64,000 nt of DNA from a virus: IMG/VR virus record IMGVR_UViG_3300032246_003079; one strand, 5' to 3'. The notes below the pieces were generated by a model. That model was not told the origin of the DNA. It searched no databases and saw only the letters and a program-made list of their open reading frames with translations. Positions within the stretch are counted from its first letter, which is position 1. Every line of letters begins with the position of its first letter. Positions 44,927-54,639 of this stretch are shown one piece after another. The translations under genes were made by a program, and so were the position numbers.

Positions 44927-47329
44927 ATGTCATTAAAAATAACCAAAAGAAACGGAGAAAACGTCGCGTTCAATCCGCAAAAAATTTATAACAGGGTAAA
45001 ACGTTCATCAAAAAGTTTGAACGTAAACTCAGATGAAATTTTTATTAAAGTAATTACATCAGTTCCGACTGAGGGAGAAGTAACAACAAAAGAACTTGAT
45101 AAGTTAATTTATGAGATTGCAGCCGCATATACGGGAAGTCATCACGACTATTCAAGAATGGCTTCGTCCGTTGCAATATCTTCATATCATAAAGAAACTG
45201 ATGAAAGTTTTTCAAAAACTATGAGATTACTTTACGAGGATGGAGTTGTTAATGAAGAATTAATTAAACGAATTGAATATTACGGTGAAGATACTGTCGA
45301 TGTTGCGATTAAACATGACAACGATTATAACTTTGATTATTTTGCTTGGAGGTCATTACAAGAAATGTATTTGTTAAAAAGACCAAATGGGAAAGTTGTT
45401 GAACGACCACAACACATGTATATGAGAGTTGCTATATGGGTTACTAATACTTTAGAGGAGGCATTAGAATATTATAACTCTTTATCAGCACAACTTATTT
45501 CACCGGCAACACCAATTATGATTAACTCTGGTACGAAAACACCACAACTGGCATCTTGTGTTTTACACTACAATGATTCAGACTCAAGAGAAGGTTTGTT
45601 AAATACAATGAATGATATTTCAACTTATTCATCGGACGCGGCAGGAATTGGTCTTTCAATGTCTAACATAAGAAGTAAAGAAAGTAGAATTTCAAGTTCA
45701 GGTGGTTATGCGGGCGGATTGTTGAAATATTTAAAAATTGTTAATGAGTCTTTAAGATTTTTTAATCAACAAGGTAGAAGACCGGGTAGTGCCGCAATAT
45801 ATCTTGAGCCTTGGCACAAAGACATATTTGATTTATTGGATATTAAAAAGAACACAGGAGCCGAAGAGTTAAGAGCTCGTGATTTGTTTACGGCACTTTG
45901 GATTCCTGACAACTTTATGAATGCAGTTAAGAACAACATTGATTGGTATTTATTCTGCCCTAATGATATTAAAAAGTCGGGACTAAAAGCATTACAAGAA
46001 TGTTTTGGAGATGAATACGAAGAAGTATATAACACGGCAGTTAGTATGGGTCTTGGTAAAAAAGTTAAAGCACAAGACATTTGGACTAAAATTGTTGAGT
46101 CTCAAGTAGAAACAGGAGTGCCTTATTTATGTTCTAAGGACAGTGCAAACAAAAAAACTAACCACCAAAATATTGGGGTGATTAAACAGTCTAACCTATG
46201 TAATGAGATTTACCAATACACAGATGAAAAGACCACAGCAATTTGTACTTTGTCTTCAATAGTATTAAAAAATTATATCAAAGACGGACAGTTTGATTAT
46301 TCTTTATTAATAAGTGAAGTTAGAAAAGTTGTTAGAGCATTAAATAATGTTATTGATAAAAATAACTATTCTACTGAAAAAGGTCATAGAGGTGGTTTAG
46401 AACAAAGAGCGATTGCAATTGGAACACAAGGTTTGGCGGATGTATTTTATTTAATGGATTTTATATTCACCTCATCTGAAGCTAAAAAATTAAATAAAAA
46501 CATTTTTGAAACAATCTATTATGCTGCCATTCTTGAAAGTAATGACTTGTGTAAAAAAGGGTTAAGAACTCCATATGAGTTTTTTAAAGGTTCACCTATG
46601 TCACAAGGGATTTTTCAATTTGACATGTGGGGACTTTCTGAAGAAGATTTGTTTATGGATTGGAAAACCTTGAAAAAAGATGTTATGACTTATGGTGTAT
46701 GTAATTCATTATTCACCGCTCAAATGCCTGTGGCGTCTTCCGCCAAAATCACAGGTTCATTTGAAATGACAGAACCCGCACATTCGGCTTTATTTAATAG
46801 ACGAGTTGTTGGGGGAGAAATTATGATTGTAAACAAATATCTAATCAACGACTTTGAAAAAATTGGAATTTGGTCTGAGGATTTAAAAAATGAAATTATT
46901 ATGAACGAAGGTTCAATTCAAAATATTAATTTCAACAATTATTTAGATACTGAAGAAAAAGGTTATAATAGAAAGGTTAAAAGAATTGAACATTTGATTC
47001 CGAAATACAAAACTATTTGGGAAATTTCACAAAAAGAACTGATTGACATGTCAGCCGAAAGAGCTCCGTTTATTGACCAATCACAATCTATGAATATTTA
47101 CATGTCTAACCCAACACTTTCTAAAATAACATCTTCACATTTTTATGGATGGGAAAAAGGTCTAAAGACTCTTTGTTATTACGTAAGAACAAAGGCCATT
47201 TCAACAGGAGCAAAACACTTGGCTTTAGATGTTACAAAAAAGGAAAAACCAAAGGTAGAATATTCATACACGAATCTTCCACCAAAACCAACTAATTCAG
47301 ACTTTGATTGTTTTGGTTGTTCTTCTTAA
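44927..47329 (+). CDS. nrdA: Ribonucleotide reductase class Ia alpha subunit with ATP cone
   Basis: ITKRNG ATP cone, ASCVL, QSNLCNEI, MPVASS, IDQSQS, YY pair, C-terminal CxxC (CFGCSS). Confidence 0.95.
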   Translation: MSLKITKRNGENVAFNPQKIYNRVKRSSKSLNVNSDEIFIKVITSVPTEGEVTTKELDKLIYEIAAAYTGSHHDYSRMASSVAISSYHKETDESFSKTMRLLYEDGVVNEELIKRIEYYGEDTVDVAIKHDNDYNFDYFAWRSLQEMYLLKRPNGKVVERPQHMYMRVAIWVTNTLEEALEYYNSLSAQLISPATPIMINSGTKTPQLASCVLHYNDSDSREGLLNTMNDISTYSSDAAGIGLSMSNIRSKESRISSSGGYAGGLLKYLKIVNESLRFFNQQGRRPGSAAIYLEPWHKDIFDLLDIKKNTGAEELRARDLFTALWIPDNFMNAVKNNIDWYLFCPNDIKKSGLKALQECFGDEYEEVYNTAVSMGLGKKVKAQDIWTKIVESQVETGVPYLCSKDSANKKTNHQNIGVIKQSNLCNEIYQYTDEKTTAICTLSSIVLKNYIKDGQFDYSLLISEVRKVVRALNNVIDKNNYSTEKGHRGGLEQRAIAIGTQGLADVFYLMDFIFTSSEAKKLNKNIFETIYYAAILESNDLCKKGLRTPYEFFKGSPMSQGIFQFDMWGLSEEDLFMDWKTLKKDVMTYGVCNSLFTAQMPVASSAKITGSFEMTEPAHSALFNRRVVGGEIMIVNKYLINDFEKIGIWSEDLKNEIIMNEGSIQNINFNNYLDTEEKGYNRKVKRIEHLIPKYKTIWEISQKELIDMSAERAPFIDQSQSMNIYMSNPTLSKITSSHFYGWEKGLKTLCYYVRTKAISTGAKHLALDVTKKEKPKVEYSYTNLPPKPTNSDFDCFGCSS

Positions 47330-47334
47330 AAATT

Positions 47335-47359
47335 AATCCGAGTTATACTCGGATTTTTT
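47335..47359 (+). terminator. Intrinsic terminator ending the replication module
   Basis: AATCCGAGT-TAT-ACTCGGATT followed by a T-run. Confidence 0.8.
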
Positions 47360-47406
47360 ATTTATATCTATTTAACTAAAAATGTTGGATATTATATTTA
47401 TGTAAT

Positions 47407-47871
47407 ATGGCAGATGGAAGAACTTATGGTATTAATTTCCCTTTTAGGGATAGTCCAAAATCTTATTATTTTGATTTAACCGAAAATGCTGGTGATGAGA
47501 TACGGGCAGACCTTTTACATTTAATATTAACCGCAAGAGGTAGTAGATACTATAATCCTGATTTTGGAACACGTATATATGAATTTATTTTTGACCCTTT
47601 GGATGGTGAAACGTTTGACGGAATCAAATCTGAAATACAACAACAGATTGACAAGTACATACCAAATTTAACTGTAAATGAAATTAAAGTGGTTCCATAT
47701 TTACAATCAGATGAGGCTCCAGGTGACATTAACCAAGAGTTATTAGGAACAAGTGATATATATAGAATACCTGGTAGGGCAACTCAAGAATACACAGCTA
47801 AACTTACAATAGATTATACGGACGACAACAACTCGTTTGGCTCAAGAGAATTTATAATAATTAACATATAA
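47407..47871 (+). CDS. Baseplate wedge protein (gp25-like)
   Basis: GINFPF, I.ADL..LILT.RG.R...PDFGT.I..FIFDP. Confidence 0.9.
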   Translation: MADGRTYGINFPFRDSPKSYYFDLTENAGDEIRADLLHLILTARGSRYYNPDFGTRIYEFIFDPLDGETFDGIKSEIQQQIDKYIPNLTVNEIKVVPYLQSDEAPGDINQELLGTSDIYRIPGRATQEYTAKLTIDYTDDNNSFGSREFIIINI

Positions 47872-47873
47872 TT

Positions 47874-49712
47874 ATGGCAACTCAAAAAATTAATTATACA
47901 AGTAGGGATTTTGAAAGTCTAAGAAAAGACTTAATTAACTATACCCAACAGTATTATCCTGAAATAATTCAAAACTTTAATGATGCTTCAATCTTTTCGG
48001 TTTTGATGGATTTAAATGCGGCGATTGGAGATAATTTACATTTTCATATCGATAGAAGTATTCAAGAAACTGTCTTACAATATGCACAACAAAGGTCTTC
48101 TATTTTTAATATTGCAAGAACCTATGGTTTAAAAATACCAGGATTTAGACCTTCAGTTGCTCTTGTGGAAATATCAATACAAGTTCCGGCATTTGGTGAC
48201 AATGAAGATTCAAGATACTTAGGTATTTTAAGAGCGGGGGCTCAGTTTAATGGTGGAGGGCAAACATTTGAAACAGTCTATGATGTTGATTTTTCTACAC
48301 AATATAACAACGAAGGGGTAAATAATAGAACTAAGGTTCCTGTTTTTGACAACAATAATAAAATAACAAGTTATATAATAACTAAAAGAGAAGTTGTTGT
48401 CAATGGTGTTACTAAAATATATAAGCAAGTTGTAAATGCGGCAGACGTAGTTCCTTTCTATAGTTTCTTTTTACCTGAAAAGAATGTTTTGTCTGTTACA
48501 ACAATTATACAAAAAGACGGAACACAATACCAATCAACCCCAACAAACACTGAATTTATAACTTCACAGAACAAATGGTATGAAGTTGACGCATTGGCGG
48601 AAGACACAGTTTTTATTGAGGACCCAACAAAACCAATAGACAACGCAGGAGTTAAAGTTGGTCAATATATAAAAACAGACAACAGATTTATAACAGAATA
48701 CACACCCGAAAGTTATATGAAGATACAATTTGGGGCGGCAACAACAACACCAAATCAACAACTTCAACAATTTGCAAATCTTGGAGCCCCATTAAAAATA
48801 CAAAATTATCAAAATAATATTGGATTAGGACTTACAGTTACACCCAACACAACACTATTTGTTCAGTACCGAGTAGGTGGAGGAACGGCCTCAAATGTTG
48901 GTGTTGGTTCAATCAACCAAGTTGGATTAGTTAATTTAGCAGTAAACGGACCTTCATCACAAATCAATCAGAGTGTTGTGCAATCATTAAAAATTAATAA
49001 TGTTACAAGTGCGGTTGGAGGAGCAAACCAACCAACAATCGAAGAAGCAAGAAACATGGTTACTTTTAACTTTGCGGCACAAAAAAGAGCAGTAACTGTT
49101 AATGACTATAAATCTTTAATTGATACAATGCCTGGTAAATTTGGAGCACCTGCCAAAGTTGCGATTACAGAAAATAATAACAAAGTTACTGTACAAATTT
49201 TATCGTATGATTCAGACGGGAATTTAACACAAACAGTTCCAAACGCAATTAAAACAAACTTGGCGACTTATTTGTCTAAGTATAGAATGATAAATGACTA
49301 CATATCAATCGATGTTGCAAAAGTAATAGATTTAGAGTTTGAAATATCTGTTGTTATTGAAAATAACACAGCTCAAAGTCAAATAATTACTCAAATTATT
49401 GACCAAGTATCCACTTACATGAATCCACAAAAAAGAGATTTAGGTCAAAATGTAAACGTTTCTGACATTAGAAGATTAATACAAAACGTTGCGGGTGTTA
49501 ATACATTAACGGATTTAAAAATATATAACAGAACAGGTGGACAATATTCTTCATCTGAAACATCTCAAAGGTACGCAGACGCAGAAACCAAAGAAATTTT
49601 ACTAATTGACGACACCTTATTTGCTGAACCAGACCAAATATATCAAATTAGATTTGATTCTAGAGATATTAATGTAAGGGTAAAACAACTTAGAACTGTA
49701 GACTTCTACTAA
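47874..49712 (+). CDS. Baseplate wedge protein (gp6 / baseplate J-like)
   Basis: YTSRDFESL, QNFNDAS, IQFG, YRVGGG, AVGGA, AQKRAVTVNDY. Confidence 0.9.
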   Translation: MATQKINYTSRDFESLRKDLINYTQQYYPEIIQNFNDASIFSVLMDLNAAIGDNLHFHIDRSIQETVLQYAQQRSSIFNIARTYGLKIPGFRPSVALVEISIQVPAFGDNEDSRYLGILRAGAQFNGGGQTFETVYDVDFSTQYNNEGVNNRTKVPVFDNNNKITSYIITKREVVVNGVTKIYKQVVNAADVVPFYSFFLPEKNVLSVTTIIQKDGTQYQSTPTNTEFITSQNKWYEVDALAEDTVFIEDPTKPIDNAGVKVGQYIKTDNRFITEYTPESYMKIQFGAATTTPNQQLQQFANLGAPLKIQNYQNNIGLGLTVTPNTTLFVQYRVGGGTASNVGVGSINQVGLVNLAVNGPSSQINQSVVQSLKINNVTSAVGGANQPTIEEARNMVTFNFAAQKRAVTVNDYKSLIDTMPGKFGAPAKVAITENNNKVTVQILSYDSDGNLTQTVPNAIKTNLATYLSKYRMINDYISIDVAKVIDLEFEISVVIENNTAQSQIITQIIDQVSTYMNPQKRDLGQNVNVSDIRRLIQNVAGVNTLTDLKIYNRTGGQYSSSETSQRYADAETKEILLIDDTLFAEPDQIYQIRFDSRDINVRVKQLRTVDFY

Positions 49713-49785
49713 ATCATTTATTTTATTTATAAGGTTATTAGTTTTAAATAAAAACCTAAATTATCTATTTATTTTAAAACAGTAA

Positions 49786-52700
49786 ATGACCAAAACGTAT
49801 AGACTAAAGGCTCAACCAACAAAAGACCAAAATCTAAGAATTAACGTAACACAAGATTTTGATTTTTTAGAGATACTATCTTTAAAGTTAAGACAAGAAG
49901 ATGTATATACAAGATTTTGTGCCGACTATGGTGTTGTTGCAGGTAGAGTTGTTGTAAATGGTGGGTACGGCGTTCCAAACGCAAATGTATCCATTTTTGT
50001 CCCATTGGACGCTATTGATGAAAACGACCCAATTATATCTACACTATACCCTTATAAAAGACCTGACCAAAAAAACGAAGATGGTTATAGATATAACTTA
50101 TTACCATATGTTAAAGAGTATGGTGGTCATAGCCCAACTGGTACATTTCCTGATGTGGAGGATGTTTTAACAAGAAATGAAGTTTTAGAAGTTTATGAAA
50201 AGTATTATAAGTACACTGTAAAAACTAATGAAAGTGGTGACTTTATGATTATTGGTGTACCGTTAGGTATTCAAACTGCAATACTAGATTTAGATTTATC
50301 AAACATCGGTTGTTTTTCACTTAGACCTTCAGACTTAATAAGATTAGGTCGGGGAACTGCAGAACAATTTGATGGGGACCAATTTAAATCATCGACAGAT
50401 TTAGACTCACTACCTCAAATAGTAAATCAAAAAAAAGATATAGATGTTGCATCTTTTTGGGGTGAAGAAAACATTTGTAATGTTGGTATAACAAGAGTCG
50501 ATTTTGATTTAAGAGATTTAGGAATTGAAATTACACCACAAGCTGTTTTTATGGGTTCGTTGTTTTCTACAAGTGAAGAAGACTTTTTAAAATCAAATTG
50601 TAAACCTAAAAAAGACTCCGGTAATTTATGTGATTTAGTCACAGGACAAGGAAGAATATTGGCAATTAGACAAACAATAAATTATGATGTAAACGGTAGA
50701 CCAGCATTAGAACAATACTCACTACCTGAAGGAGGTAAAATAATTGATGACAACGGTACTTGGTTAGTAAACGTTCCGATGAATTTAGACTATGTCACAA
50801 CAAACGAGTTTGGTGAACAAGTACTATCAACAGACCCGAATGTCGGCATACCTACAAAAGGAAAATATAGATTTAGAATCCAATATCAGAATGAAGATGG
50901 AATGGAATCAAGTGTATTAAGAGCAGATTATTTGGTCCCAAACGTTAAAGAATGGGGATGGACCACATCTAACATCAATACACCTACAGACACAACCGCA
51001 CAATTAAAATCATATGCATTTAGTTTAGATTGGGATGATTATGGAGATGTGAATACGACAATAGGTCAACAAATGATTCAAGAGGCTGTAAACTGTGATG
51101 ATAAGTTTTATCAATTTAATTTCAATAAAGTTTATACGGTTGCAAATTTTATAGATAGATGGAAATGGGGATTTAATAGAAGTAGACATTTAGGTATAAA
51201 AGAAATTACAGATAGACGATGTACTACTACCACAAACAGATTTCCGGTTAATGATGGTGTAAGAAATTTTGACTTTTTATTCTTTTTACTAAGTCTACTT
51301 TTAATACTACTTACACCTACGTTTATAACTTTAATAATAATTTTACACTTTGTTGCATTTATATATCCAATATTAAGAATAGTGATAAATCTTTTAATAT
51401 GGGTAATAAATGTTGTTATATATGGTATTTGTTTAGCTATTAGTGCAATTACATTTGGAGCAAGACCTAAAGGTGGTTGTAAAACCCAATCAATTAAACC
51501 ATTAGGTAAAGAAAACCCATTCAAAAGAATTTCTTTACCCATGTTGTCTTATCCTGATTGTGAAGCCTGTCCATGTACTGATGAAACACTTCCTGAAGAT
51601 AGTAGTCAAAGTTCATTCGCTCAAAGTGCAAATGTTGCAATTTCATCAGAAAATAATAGTCCTTTAGCGAATACAAATTCCACAACTTCTTATAGTGTTT
51701 ACAACTCATCGCAAGCATCTTCGGCAAATGACCCTGACGCTTTTAACAATGGAGTTGTCCAAGCGATGGCGGGTTACCAATTCCAAAATCTTGGAAATGA
51801 TAATGATAAGTTAGTTAAAACTCCAATTGCCGAATATCCGGCACAAGGGGGAATAAAAGTATTGGCGAATGACGTTACACTATCACAATCTTTGAATTTA
51901 GCAAATATTAGACAAAGATATTTTGAAGGTGATAATTTAATTCAAACAACTGTTAGAAACAACATTCCAAATACGACAACATTAGACGCATCACAACCGT
52001 TTACCGATAGTGTTATGATGTTATTTGTTGATAGTGGAACTTTAAACGGGTTACAACCTGGACAACTTTTAACATTCCAAGACATCAACTTAATAAATGA
52101 CCCCAACTTAACAGGTATAACTAATACCAATCAGTTTAATACAAATAGTATTACGGGAACTACACCATATAACGCAACAAGTTTAGTAACGGTTCCTGTT
52201 AATTACATTAATCAAGGTGGTTTACAACAAACAGTAAACTTAAAATTGAATATATCTGAAGATGGAAAAGATTACAAATATCCTGCTGGAGTTGAATATT
52301 TTCAAGTTATTACAGGTGGAACTGTATCACAGTTTTCAGGATTAACAAACACAACGGGAGGATTACTTAACAAATATTTGTTTAAAAAAACACAAAGATT
52401 CTGTTATGGTACACCAGTACAACAATGTGACTACGTATTCCCAATCAAATTTATTGATAATTTTGCAAACTATGAAATTATATTTTTAACAAGAGGTACA
52501 GACCCATATACTGACAAACAAAATATAAGATATGACCTATCGAAATTATTTGGATTTAACTTAGGTTCGGGTCCCGTTGTTGAAGGTAGTTATTATCTTA
52601 ATGTACCAATACAACAAAACTCAGGAAGTGGAGCTTGGTTTAATGATTATAAAACGCCTGAATCACATTTAGTTTCAAATAATACAAATGCATCATTATA

Positions 52701-54639
52701 TCACCCACCTTTTGGTTTTACTCCTGATAGTACATTGTTTAGCGCATTTACAAACAACTCACCTTACTTTTATAACTCAACAGATAAGTCACAACAAACA
52801 TTTAAAGCTTATTCATCAGACGCAGTGACTTTATCATATTTTACTTCCACACCTGGTGTGTATTCAAATATACAACCAAGTGTTGGTAATAATAAATTGG
52901 CGTTCCAATGGACAAATGGGGTATTAAGTGCTCAAGGTAATATTGAAGGTGGAACTTTAATTGCCTCAAACGCAACTCCGGGAACAAATATAAACATTGC
53001 AACAACAACCACAAGAGTTTATTCACCTGCATACCACACTTCGGTAGTATCGAACATTTCTATTTCAAACTCTTCTAACATTGTATTTAGGTCTGATAGA
53101 CTACCCACATCAAGTGCAACAGAATTAAGCGGTAATAACTCGTTTAGTTTATTTTTAAACGACAACTTTGCGGTTTACACAGTAGACGAAGATGGTGGTA
53201 CTTCATTGGCACCATCAACAAATGGTTCTAATGACACTACAAATAATGCTCAAGATATAACAGGAGATACTCCAAGTCAAATATCAAGTACAGTTTTAGC
53301 ATCGCTTTCCTGTGAAAACATGACAGTATTAAAATGTTACCAAGGTGGTGGAACATCTTTTTCAGTTCAAAACCCATGTAGTGAAAATCCGAATGGAAAA
53401 AGAATGTCAGGGGGTTGTTACAAATTTGTTGACAATCCATTACTTGTTTCAATACCAAAAGATGTTACATATTTCTTTGAATGGAAAACAAGATTTAGAA
53501 TGGTGTTTGCTGCATGTAGAGGAATATTTTCACATGTGTTTCAAAACAATTGGGTCAATGGTTCTTTATATATGTTCTCATTGAAAAAACAAACAATTTT
53601 CAACATTGCAGGACAACCAAAAAAATATAAGTTTTGTGGTAGTCCTGATAGTACATTAAGGCCATATCAAGGACCTATATTTTATACAAGAGGAACCACA
53701 AATTCATTGTTTTATAGAGGTGCTATTTATGACGGAAGTAAATTTATTGGACAAAAACCAAGAAAATTAAATATCACAAGTTCAACATTTGAAGACGCGA
53801 ACTTCAAAGGGATGAATGTTAGAAATTTGTTTTTCCCGACCACCATTATGGACTTAGGGCCAAGAGATGAGTTTACAAAAGAAATATGTACTAACCCTAA
53901 TTTTGAAGGGTACTTGATTGAAACAATCAAAAGTACTTCATACAATGATACTTCTGAAATTTTACAGTTGTTTATTATTTCAAGACTTATTAACTCTAAT
54001 TTTTGGGGTCAAGTTTTAGGTTTGGGTGATTCATCAATAAACAGAATGTTTTCTAGAAGTGAAGACAGAATAGATGGAGATGTGGCTCAAATGTTTTCAA
54101 TAAACTCTGAGTATGGAATTGAAGAGTTTGATGAAGATAATTACACTGATAATGAGTTGTATATTGGTACGGGAGATGCTTTAATGGGAATCTTCTTTAG
54201 TTCAAATACTATTAATAGATTAACACTAAGCCCTGGTATTCAAACCTTTGCGCCAAACCTTACAAATTATTTTGGTTACCCTAACACTCAAGTAGTCCCA
54301 ACATATCAGTGGTCATCTTCAACAACTTCAACTATTTTTGGTTCTGATACAAATGATTGGGTTACTGATGTTTTGGCTAATGGTAGTTTTTATTATCAAA
54401 AATACCAAAACTTTAGTTTTAACCCTCCAACTACACCATACTTTAATCCATCAACAACAGGAAGAAGAGGTTATATATTTAATCAAACACCACAAGGTTT
54501 ATCAAATCCAAATTGGCCGGCAGGTACTCAACAATCATTTATTGTGGGAGGACCTAATCATTTTTATTTTGGATTAAACAAAGGTAAAAGTGCAATCAAC
54601 AGATACATCAAAGCATATATATTGAACCAAGATGAGTAA
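49786..54639 (+). CDS. Large baseplate-region protein with prealbumin/Cna-B-like N-terminal domain and an internal hydrophobic hairpin
   Basis: 1617 aa; GVVAGRV...GVPNANVSI...KTNESGDFMI.GVP.G; about 60-aa hydrophobic segment followed by CEACPC. Confidence 0.6.
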   Translation: MTKTYRLKAQPTKDQNLRINVTQDFDFLEILSLKLRQEDVYTRFCADYGVVAGRVVVNGGYGVPNANVSIFVPLDAIDENDPIISTLYPYKRPDQKNEDGYRYNLLPYVKEYGGHSPTGTFPDVEDVLTRNEVLEVYEKYYKYTVKTNESGDFMIIGVPLGIQTAILDLDLSNIGCFSLRPSDLIRLGRGTAEQFDGDQFKSSTDLDSLPQIVNQKKDIDVASFWGEENICNVGITRVDFDLRDLGIEITPQAVFMGSLFSTSEEDFLKSNCKPKKDSGNLCDLVTGQGRILAIRQTINYDVNGRPALEQYSLPEGGKIIDDNGTWLVNVPMNLDYVTTNEFGEQVLSTDPNVGIPTKGKYRFRIQYQNEDGMESSVLRADYLVPNVKEWGWTTSNINTPTDTTAQLKSYAFSLDWDDYGDVNTTIGQQMIQEAVNCDDKFYQFNFNKVYTVANFIDRWKWGFNRSRHLGIKEITDRRCTTTTNRFPVNDGVRNFDFLFFLLSLLLILLTPTFITLIIILHFVAFIYPILRIVINLLIWVINVVIYGICLAISAITFGARPKGGCKTQSIKPLGKENPFKRISLPMLSYPDCEACPCTDETLPEDSSQSSFAQSANVAISSENNSPLANTNSTTSYSVYNSSQASSANDPDAFNNGVVQAMAGYQFQNLGNDNDKLVKTPIAEYPAQGGIKVLANDVTLSQSLNLANIRQRYFEGDNLIQTTVRNNIPNTTTLDASQPFTDSVMMLFVDSGTLNGLQPGQLLTFQDINLINDPNLTGITNTNQFNTNSITGTTPYNATSLVTVPVNYINQGGLQQTVNLKLNISEDGKDYKYPAGVEYFQVITGGTVSQFSGLTNTTGGLLNKYLFKKTQRFCYGTPVQQCDYVFPIKFIDNFANYEIIFLTRGTDPYTDKQNIRYDLSKLFGFNLGSGPVVEGSYYLNVPIQQNSGSGAWFNDYKTPESHLVSNNTNASLYHPPFGFTPDSTLFSAFTNNSPYFYNSTDKSQQTFKAYSSDAVTLSYFTSTPGVYSNIQPSVGNNKLAFQWTNGVLSAQGNIEGGTLIASNATPGTNINIATTTTRVYSPAYHTSVVSNISISNSSNIVFRSDRLPTSSATELSGNNSFSLFLNDNFAVYTVDEDGGTSLAPSTNGSNDTTNNAQDITGDTPSQISSTVLASLSCENMTVLKCYQGGGTSFSVQNPCSENPNGKRMSGGCYKFVDNPLLVSIPKDVTYFFEWKTRFRMVFAACRGIFSHVFQNNWVNGSLYMFSLKKQTIFNIAGQPKKYKFCGSPDSTLRPYQGPIFYTRGTTNSLFYRGAIYDGSKFIGQKPRKLNITSSTFEDANFKGMNVRNLFFPTTIMDLGPRDEFTKEICTNPNFEGYLIETIKSTSYNDTSEILQLFIISRLINSNFWGQVLGLGDSSINRMFSRSEDRIDGDVAQMFSINSEYGIEEFDEDNYTDNELYIGTGDALMGIFFSSNTINRLTLSPGIQTFAPNLTNYFGYPNTQVVPTYQWSSSTTSTIFGSDTNDWVTDVLANGSFYYQKYQNFSFNPPTTPYFNPSTTGRRGYIFNQTPQGLSNPNWPAGTQQSFIVGGPNHFYFGLNKGKSAINRYIKAYILNQDE

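Noticed and set aside
43969-47329. Eukaryote-like RNR, PolB and SNF2 taken as evidence for an NCLDV or eukaryotic origin
   Set aside because: Sheath, tube and baseplate genes, intrinsic terminators and overlapping operons show a tailed bacteriophage; this RNR subtype also occurs in Bacteroidota.
16640-49712. Bacterial extracellular contractile injection system or tailocin locus
   Set aside because: Neck proteins and a full phage replisome are interleaved, and no cellular housekeeping genes are present.
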